Source of the DNA: Anaerolineales bacterium
GTDB lineage: Bacteria; Chloroflexota; Anaerolineae; Anaerolineales; UBA6663
Length of the DNA: 28,725 nt
Assembly: GCA_016789165.1 (NCBI GenBank)
Contig: JAEURL010000422.1
Coordinates: 1-28,725, forward strand
Direction of reading: 5' to 3'
The notes under the pieces are model-generated. The model saw only the letters and a list, made by a program, of their open reading frames with translations. It ran no database searches and was not told where the DNA came from. Positions 23,330 to 28,725 of the stretch are shown here, piece after piece. Every line of letters starts with the position of its first letter. Within the stretch, counting starts at the first letter, position 1. The translations under genes were made by a program, and so were the position numbers.

Positions 23330-24214
23330 ATGCCCCGCTTCCAACAGCTCAGCCGGCGTGAATTCCTGGGACAGATGGGGCGCGGCACCGTGGCCCTGGT
23401 GGCTGAACTAGCCTTTGGCCCAGCCCGCAATGTGCTGGCCATCGCGCTGGGCGGCAGCAGCCTGGCCGCCGCCTGCGCCGCCGCGCCGGGGGCCGACCCC
23501 ACCGCCACGGCCGGCCCCACCCTGGCGCCAGCCGACCCCACGGCCACCGCGCCGGCGCCGACCCCCGCCCCCACCGGGACCACGGCGCGGCCAACCGCCC
23601 CGCTCGCCACGGCGACGGCCGGCCTGGGGCTCCTCACCTATCTGCCCATCGCGGCCGGCGTCGCCAATGCCTACGTGCTGGTGCGCGGGGAGGAGGCCGC
23701 CATCGTGGACACCGGCCTGCCCGGCAACGGCGCGAAGTTCGCGGCGGCGCTGGAGACGCTCGGCTTAGGCTGGGCGGCCGTCAAGCACCTGATCCTCACG
23801 CACTATCATCGCGACCATGTCGGCAGCATGGGGGAGGTGCTGACCGCGGCCGAGGCGGCCGCCGTGTACGCCGGCGCCGCCGACATCCCCTTCATCGAAT
23901 CGGCGCGCGCCATCACGGCGGTGGGCGATCAGGCCGAGGTGTTCGGCCTGCAGATTGTGGCCACGCCCGGCCACACCGAGGGCCACATCTCGGTCTATGA
24001 TCCGCTCGGCGCGGCCCTGATCACGGGCGATGCGCTCAACAACCTCAACGGCCAGCTCAGCGGCCCCAACCCGCAGTTCACGCGCGATATGCCCACGGCG
24101 CTGGAGAGCGCGCGCAAGCTGGCCGGCCTGGCCTACGAGCGCGCCTACTTCGGGCACGGCACGCCCCTCGAGAGCGGCGCCGCGCAGGCGGTGGCGGCTC
24201 TGTTCCCGCCCTAG
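23330..24214 (+). CDS. Metallo-beta-lactamase-fold hydrolase with twin-arginine signal and Pro/Thr linker
   Basis: SRREFLG Tat motif; LAAAC possible lipobox; PTATA repeats; metal ligands THYHRDH, GHT, GDA and GHG all present. Confidence 0.88.
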   Translation: MPRFQQLSRREFLGQMGRGTVALVAELAFGPARNVLAIALGGSSLAAACAAAPGADPTATAGPTLAPADPTATAPAPTPAPTGTTARPTAPLATATAGLGLLTYLPIAAGVANAYVLVRGEEAAIVDTGLPGNGAKFAAALETLGLGWAAVKHLILTHYHRDHVGSMGEVLTAAEAAAVYAGAADIPFIESARAITAVGDQAEVFGLQIVATPGHTEGHISVYDPLGAALITGDALNNLNGQLSGPNPQFTRDMPTALESARKLAGLAYERAYFGHGTPLESGAAQAVAALFPP

Positions 24215-24222
24215 GGCCGGCC

Positions 24223-25545
24223 TCAGCCCTTGTACTCGCGCACGATGCTCAGGTTCTGGCTGACCATGCGCCGCGCGCGCCGGTCGGCCTCGGCCTTGAT
24301 CCGCGCCTCGTCCAGCGTCAGCAGCTCCCCGTTGCGGTAGATCAGCCGGCCGTCGACGATGACGTGCGTCACGTCGCTGCCGCGCGCCGCGTGGACCAGA
24401 TTGGCCACCAGGCTGTGGCGCGGGTAGAGGTGCGGCCGGTCCAGATCGAACAGCACGAGATCGGCGGCGCGGCCCGGCGCCAGCACGCCCGACTCCGCAA
24501 ACCCCATCGCCCGCGCGCCGTTGGCCGCGGCCATCCGCAGCGGCCGGTCGCCGGCCAGCGTCTCGGCGTCGCGCGTCTGATACTTCTGCAGCAGCGGCGC
24601 GAAGCGGATGACGGCCTTCATGTCCATATCGCTGTTGGAGCCGGGGCCGTCCGTGCCCAGCGCCACGTTGACGCCGGCCGCCAGGAGCGGCCGCAGATCG
24701 TTCACGCCCATCGCCAGCTTCATGTAGGTGATCGGGCAGTGCGCCACGGTCACGCCGCGCCGCGCCAGGATCTGCACATCGTCGTCCGTGAGATAGAGCG
24801 CGTGGGCGGCCACGGCCGGCCCGTCGAAGAGGCCGCAGGCCTCCAGGTGGGCGGTGGGCGTCCGGCCGTGCTGCTGCAGCGAGTTGGCCATTTGCTCGGG
24901 CGATTCAGAGAGGTGGATGTGCACGGGCAGCTGGTGCTCGCGGGCCAGCGCGCTGACCTCGCGCAGGAAGGCCGGCGGGCACACGTACGGCGAGTGCGGG
25001 CCGAGCACGGTCCGCAGACGGCCCTCGGCCCCGCCCTGCCAGCGGTCCACAAAGGCCAGGGTGTCGGTCAGGGTCGCGCCGATCTCTTTGTCCGCCCCGA
25101 TGCCGAACTGGCACCAGGTGAGCGTGGCCTTCAGGCCAGACTCCGCCACCACCTCGGCCACGCGGTCCATGTAAAAGTAGTGGTCGTTGAAGGCCACGCA
25201 GCCGGAGCGGATCATCTCGCAGGCGGCCAGGGCCGCGCCCCAGTAGACGTCGTCGGCCGTCAGCGCGCTCTCGGCCACCCAGATGCGCTCGTTGAACCAG
25301 CGGTCCAGCGGCAGGTCCTCGGCCCAGCCGCGTTCAAAGGTCATGGGCGCGTGGCAATGGGCGTTGAAGAAGCCGGGCACGGCCGCGTGGTTGTAGCCGT
25401 CGATCACGTCATCGGGCTGGAAATCCGGCGGGACCGCGCCCACGAAGGCGAGGCGCCGGCCCTCGATGCCGATGTTCGCGCCGGGCAGGATGGTGCCGGC
25501 CTCGTCCAGGGTGACGACGTCGACGTTCTTGATCAGCAGTTTCAT
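24223..25545 (-). CDS. Amidohydrolase, MtaD-like nucleoside deaminase family (MTA/SAH/5'-deoxyadenosine)
   Basis: NAHCH, RG.AEDLPL..W, GPHSPY, HIHLSE, AAH and ALGTDG motifs; SD AGGAGG upstream. Confidence 0.88.
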   Translation of the reverse strand: MKLLIKNVDVVTLDEAGTILPGANIGIEGRRLAFVGAVPPDFQPDDVIDGYNHAAVPGFFNAHCHAPMTFERGWAEDLPLDRWFNERIWVAESALTADDVYWGAALAACEMIRSGCVAFNDHYFYMDRVAEVVAESGLKATLTWCQFGIGADKEIGATLTDTLAFVDRWQGGAEGRLRTVLGPHSPYVCPPAFLREVSALAREHQLPVHIHLSESPEQMANSLQQHGRTPTAHLEACGLFDGPAVAAHALYLTDDDVQILARRGVTVAHCPITYMKLAMGVNDLRPLLAAGVNVALGTDGPGSNSDMDMKAVIRFAPLLQKYQTRDAETLAGDRPLRMAAANGARAMGFAESGVLAPGRAADLVLFDLDRPHLYPRHSLVANLVHAARGSDVTHVIVDGRLIYRNGELLTLDEARIKAEADRRARRMVSQNLSIVREYKG

Positions 25546-25645
25546 GCGGGTGGACCTCCTGCGGCGGGAGTTGGCGGGGCAGCGGGATTTTACGTCGAAT
25601 CCCGCGTTCAGGCGCAGGGTCTTTTATTTGGATAGAAATAGTCGT

Positions 25646-25675
25646 AATATATTAAGCCGGGGGCCAGATCGTCAA
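25646..25675 (-). promoter_or_regulatory. Putative sigma70 promoter of the deaminase gene
   Basis: Minus strand TTGACG (25675-25670), 18-nt spacer, TATATT (25651-25646); implies a 5' leader of about 95 nt. Confidence 0.55.
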
Positions 25676-25696
25676 GTAAGCAAGTAAAGGCGTGCC

Positions 25697-26824
25697 GTGT
25701 CCAGCACTCATCCCGAGCGAGGGGAGGAGAAATTCCGGGCCCTGCTTGAATCCGCGCCGGACGCCATGCTGATCGTCGATCAGGCCGGCCGGATCATCCT
25801 CGTCAATTCGCAGACCGAGGCTCTCTTCGGTTACGCCCGCCAGGAGTTGATCGGGCAGACCGTCGAGTTGCTGGTCCCCGAACGCTTCCGCCCCCAGCAT
25901 CCCCAGCACCGCCACTCCTACTTCGCTGAGCCGCGCGTGCGGCCCATGGGGGCCGGCCTGGACCTGTACGGCCGGCGCCAGGACGGCCAGGAGTTCCCGG
26001 TGGAGATCAGCCTCAGCCCGCTGGAGACCGAAGCCGGCCTGCTGATCATCAGCTCTATCCGTGATGTGACCGAGCGCCGGCGCTTTCAACAGGCCCTGCA
26101 GGAAAAGAACGAGGAGCTGGGCCGGGCGATCCGGGCCAAAGACCACTTCCTGGCCGCCATGAGCCACGAACTGCGCACCCCGCTCAACGCCGTCATCGGC
26201 TTCACGGGCACGCTATTGCTGAAGCTGCCAGGCCCGCTGACCGCCGCTCAGGAGCACCAGCTCCGCACGATCCAGAGCAATGCCCGGCATCTGCTCTCGC
26301 TCATCAACGACCTGCTCGACCTGGCCAAGATCGAGTCCGGCCGAGTGGAGCTTTATCCCGAGAGCCTGGTGTGCCAGGCCGTCCTCGAGGAAGTGGCGGC
26401 CGCCCTGCGCCCGCTGGCGGAGGCCAAGGGCCTGCGCTTCGAGGTCACGGCCCCAGCCGAGCCGCTGCGCCTCCAGGCCGATCGGCGCGCGCTGAGCCAG
26501 ATCCTGATCAACCTAATCAACAACGCCATTAAGTTCACCGAGCAGGGCGCGGTGCGCCTGCGCGCGGCGCGGCATCAGACAGCCGGCCAATGGCGCATCG
26601 AGCTGAGTGTCAGCGACACCGGCCCGGGCGTGGCGCCTGAGGACCATGCCCGCCTGTTCCAGGCTTTTACCCAACTCGCGGCCGAGCCAAGCCGCCGGCA
26701 GGAAGGGACCGGGCTGGGCCTGCACCTCAGCCAACGGCTGGCGGCGCTTATGGGCGCGCAGATCCGTCTGGAGAGCGAGCCCGGGCGCGGCAGCACCTTC
26801 ACGCTGATCATCCCGGAGGGGTAA
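25697..26824 (+). CDS. Soluble PAS-domain sensor histidine kinase
   Basis: PAS domain; H-box [10 protein letters not shown]; N-box LINNAIKF; G1 DTGPG; G2 GTGLGL; no TM segment. Confidence 0.92.
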   Translation: MSSTHPERGEEKFRALLESAPDAMLIVDQAGRIILVNSQTEALFGYARQELIGQTVELLVPERFRPQHPQHRHSYFAEPRVRPMGAGLDLYGRRQDGQEFPVEISLSPLETEAGLLIISSIRDVTERRRFQQALQEKNEELGRAIRAKDHFLAAMSHELRTPLNAVIGFTGTLLLKLPGPLTAAQEHQLRTIQSNARHLLSLINDLLDLAKIESGRVELYPESLVCQAVLEEVAAALRPLAEAKGLRFEVTAPAEPLRLQADRRALSQILINLINNAIKFTEQGAVRLRAARHQTAGQWRIELSVSDTGPGVAPEDHARLFQAFTQLAAEPSRRQEGTGLGLHLSQRLAALMGAQIRLESEPGRGSTFTLIIPEG

Positions 26825-26827
26825 GCC

Positions 26828-27199
26828 ATGGCGCGCATCCTGGTGATCGAAGACAACGCGGATAGTCTGGAGCTGGCCGCCTATCTGCTGCAGGCCGCTG
26901 GCCACCGGGCGGATGGGGCCAGCGCCGGTGAAGCCGCCCTGGCGGCCGCCCGCCAGGACCCGCCCGATCTGATCCTGTGCGATCTGCAACTGCCGGGCAT
27001 GGACGGCTTCGCGGTGCTGCGCGGCCTGCGCCAGGAGCCCCGCTTGTGCGCGATCCCGGTGGTGGCGGTGACCGCCTACGCGATGGTCGGCGACCACGAG
27101 CGCGTGCTGGCGGCCGGTTTCAACGGCTATCTCAGCAAACCCATTGACCCGGAACAGTTTACGAGCCAGGTGGAGGCTTTTCTGCCCCGCCGGAGCTGA
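26828..27199 (+). CDS. Single-domain response regulator (CheY/DivK-like)
   Basis: VIEDN, LCDLQLP (phospho-Asp), TAYA and SKP. Confidence 0.92.
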   Translation: MARILVIEDNADSLELAAYLLQAAGHRADGASAGEAALAAARQDPPDLILCDLQLPGMDGFAVLRGLRQEPRLCAIPVVAVTAYAMVGDHERVLAAGFNGYLSKPIDPEQFTSQVEAFLPRRS

Positions 27200-27201
27200 G
27201 C

Positions 27202-28725
27202 ATGGCCACCATTCTGGTCGTCGATGATCGGCCGGCCAATCGCGAAGTATTGGTGACGCTGCTGGCCTATGGCGGGCATCGCCTCCTGGAGGCCGCCGAC
27301 GGCCAGGAGGCCCTGGCGCAGGTGCGGGCCGAACGCCCAGACCTGGTCATCGCCGACATTCTGATGCCGACCATGGACGGCTATGACTTCGTCCAGCGGC
27401 TGCGCGCCGAGCCGGACCATTCAGCCACGCCCGTGATCTTCTATACCGCCACGTATCTGTCCCGCGAGGCTGAGGCGCTGGCCCGGGCCTGCGGGGTGCT
27501 GCAGGTGCTCTACAAACCGGTGGAGCCCCAGGCGGTTCTGGAGGCGGTGGCGGCGGCCCTGGCCCAGCCGGCCCTCGCGCCGGCCGCGGCCGCGGCTTCA
27601 TTCGAGCGCGAGCACGCGCAGCTCGTCTCGAGCACCCTGATCCACAACCTCGACGAACTTGAGATCTCCAACCGCCGGCTGGCGCTGCTGGTGGACCTGG
27701 GCCTCGAGCTGGCCGCCGAGCGCGACCCGCGCCATCTGCTGACGCGCAGTCTGCAGGCCACACGCCAGCTGGTGGGCGCGCGTTACGCCGCGGCCGTGAT
27801 CCTGGCGGAAGACAGCCAGAGCGCGCGTGTCTTCGCCACCAGCGGCCTGGACGCGGAGACCGCCGGCCGGCAGGAGGCGCCCCGGCTGGAGCGCGGCCTG
27901 GTCGCCGAGGTCCTGCGCTACCGCCAGCCGGTGCGTTTTCCGCCCGCTCCCGCCGCGAAGGCCGCCGCCAGCTTCCCCCCGCCGCATCCGCCGCTGGCCT
28001 CTTTTCTGGGCGTCCCGATCGCCACCACCTCCCAGGTGTACGGCTTGCTCTATCTGGTGGACAAGGTCGGCCTGGCGCAATTCGACGAGGCCGACGCGCG
28101 CCTCGCCACGCTGCTGGCCGCGCAACTGGCCGTGACGTACGAGAACACTCACCTGTATGCGGAGGTCCAGCACCAGGCGGAGGCGCTGGAGCGGGAGGTG
28201 CTGGAGCGCCGGCGCGCGGCGGCCGCCCTGGCCGCCAGCGAGCAGCGTTTCCGGGCCTTGATCGAAAAAAGCTCCGATGCCATCCTGTTGCTCAACGCCG
28301 CGGGCCGGGTGGACTACGTCAGCCCGTCCAACGAGCGGCTCCTGGGCTATCCGGCCGCCGAGGCCCAGGGCCGCGACCCGCTCGCCTTGATTCATCCGGA
28401 TGAGCGGCCGGCGGTGCTCAGCCGGCTGGCGGAGCTGCGGCACCGGCCCGGAGCGGCCTTCACGGCCCAGTACCGGGTGCGCCATCGGGGCGGCGGCTGG
28501 CGCTGGATCGAAGCCACGGTCACCAACCTGATCACGGATCCGAACGTCCAGGCCCTGGTCTTCAACTATCACGACGTCAGCGAGCGCCGCGCGGCCGAGG
28601 CCACCCTGCGGCAGCGGGAGCGGCGCTTCGAGGCCCTGATTGCCAACATCGCCGACGCCATCCTCCTGCTCTCGCCGGATGGGACCATCGAATATGCCAG
28701 CCCATCGGCCGCGCGCCTTTCCGGC
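27202..28725 (+). CDS. 3'-truncated multidomain signalling protein: REC-GAF-PAS-PAS...
   Basis: Absent from the ORF track because no stop occurs in the window. I read it from ATG 27202: MATILVVDDRPANRE...IADILMP...YTAT...YKP (REC), GAF (SFLGVPI...YGLLYLVDK), PAS (FRALIEKSSDAI...WRWIE) and the start of a second PAS. Confidence 0.88.
   Translation, partial: MATILVVDDRPANREVLVTLLAYGGHRLLEAADGQEALAQVRAERPDLVIADILMPTMDGYDFVQRLRAEPDHSATPVIFYTATYLSREAEALARACGVLQVLYKPVEPQAVLEAVAAALAQPALAPAAAAASFEREHAQLVSSTLIHNLDELEISNRRLALLVDLGLELAAERDPRHLLTRSLQATRQLVGARYAAAVILAEDSQSARVFATSGLDAETAGRQEAPRLERGLVAEVLRYRQPVRFPPAPAAKAAASFPPPHPPLASFLGVPIATTSQVYGLLYLVDKVGLAQFDEADARLATLLAAQLAVTYENTHLYAEVQHQAEALEREVLERRRAAAALAASEQRFRALIEKSSDAILLLNAAGRVDYVSPSNERLLGYPAAEAQGRDPLALIHPDERPAVLSRLAELRHRPGAAFTAQYRVRHRGGGWRWIEATVTNLITDPNVQALVFNYHDVSERRAAEATLRQRERRFEALIANIADAILLLSPDGTIEYASPSAARLSG

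Noticed and set aside
23465-23625. PTATA-type repeats in the MBL gene as a repeat array or CRISPR-like element
   Set aside because: They are in-frame, degenerate Pro/Thr/Ala linker codons with no constant repeat-spacer period.
24215-24222. GGCCGGCC palindrome forming the whole gap between convergent genes, and frequent (G)GCCGGC(C) elsewhere
   Set aside because: Expected from the high GC content and Ala-Gly codon pairs; I cannot show enrichment without a count against a Markov model.
1-28725. tRNA, rRNA, tmRNA, CRISPR array, integrase/transposase or defence island
   Set aside because: Intergenic gaps are short and none shows the relevant consensus. DUF429 and NYN are nuclease folds, but no recognised defence genes accompany them.

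Overview
A very GC-rich (roughly 70% by eye), gene-dense bacterial chromosomal segment. It is probably Chloroflexota (Anaerolineae-like), inferred from the Pro/Thr-rich linkers, the stacked GAF/PAS signalling proteins and the style of the first ORF. I read 30 CDSs; the first and last are cut by the window edges. I found no rRNA, tRNA, CRISPR array, transposase or phage gene. Order: a surface-type protein fragment, DUF3048, a 3-hydroxyisobutyrate-dehydrogenase-family enzyme and an AttH/CrtC-like protein; then a minus-strand trio (dual-specificity-phosphatase-fold protein lacking its catalytic Cys, DUF429 RNase H-like protein, alpha/beta hydrolase); then an 18-kb plus-strand run. That run holds a P5C-dehydrogenase-like ALDH, a Pro/Lys-rich membrane protein, a hydrolase, a NYN + cold-shock-domain protein, CoA-transferase alpha, two tandem PPK2 genes, a hydrolase, a 7TM-PAS-4xGAF diguanylate cyclase, CoA-transferase beta, an ECF sigma overlapping ogt, a DUF2917-Lrp-DinB-PaiB-EamA-YedA module and a Tat MBL hydrolase. 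The window ends with an MtaD-like deaminase with a structured leader and a PAS-kinase/response-regulator cluster. Best leads: (i) ECF sigma coupled to an N-terminally extended Ogt with no anti-sigma gene; (ii) a STYX-like pseudophosphatase coupled to a DUF429 nuclease-fold gene; (iii) a two-gene class II PPK2 (degenerate copy plus intact copy) lying inside a split CoA-transferase operon; (iv) a possible RNA switch that hides the deaminase ribosome-binding site. All family calls come from motif recognition by eye, not from database searches.
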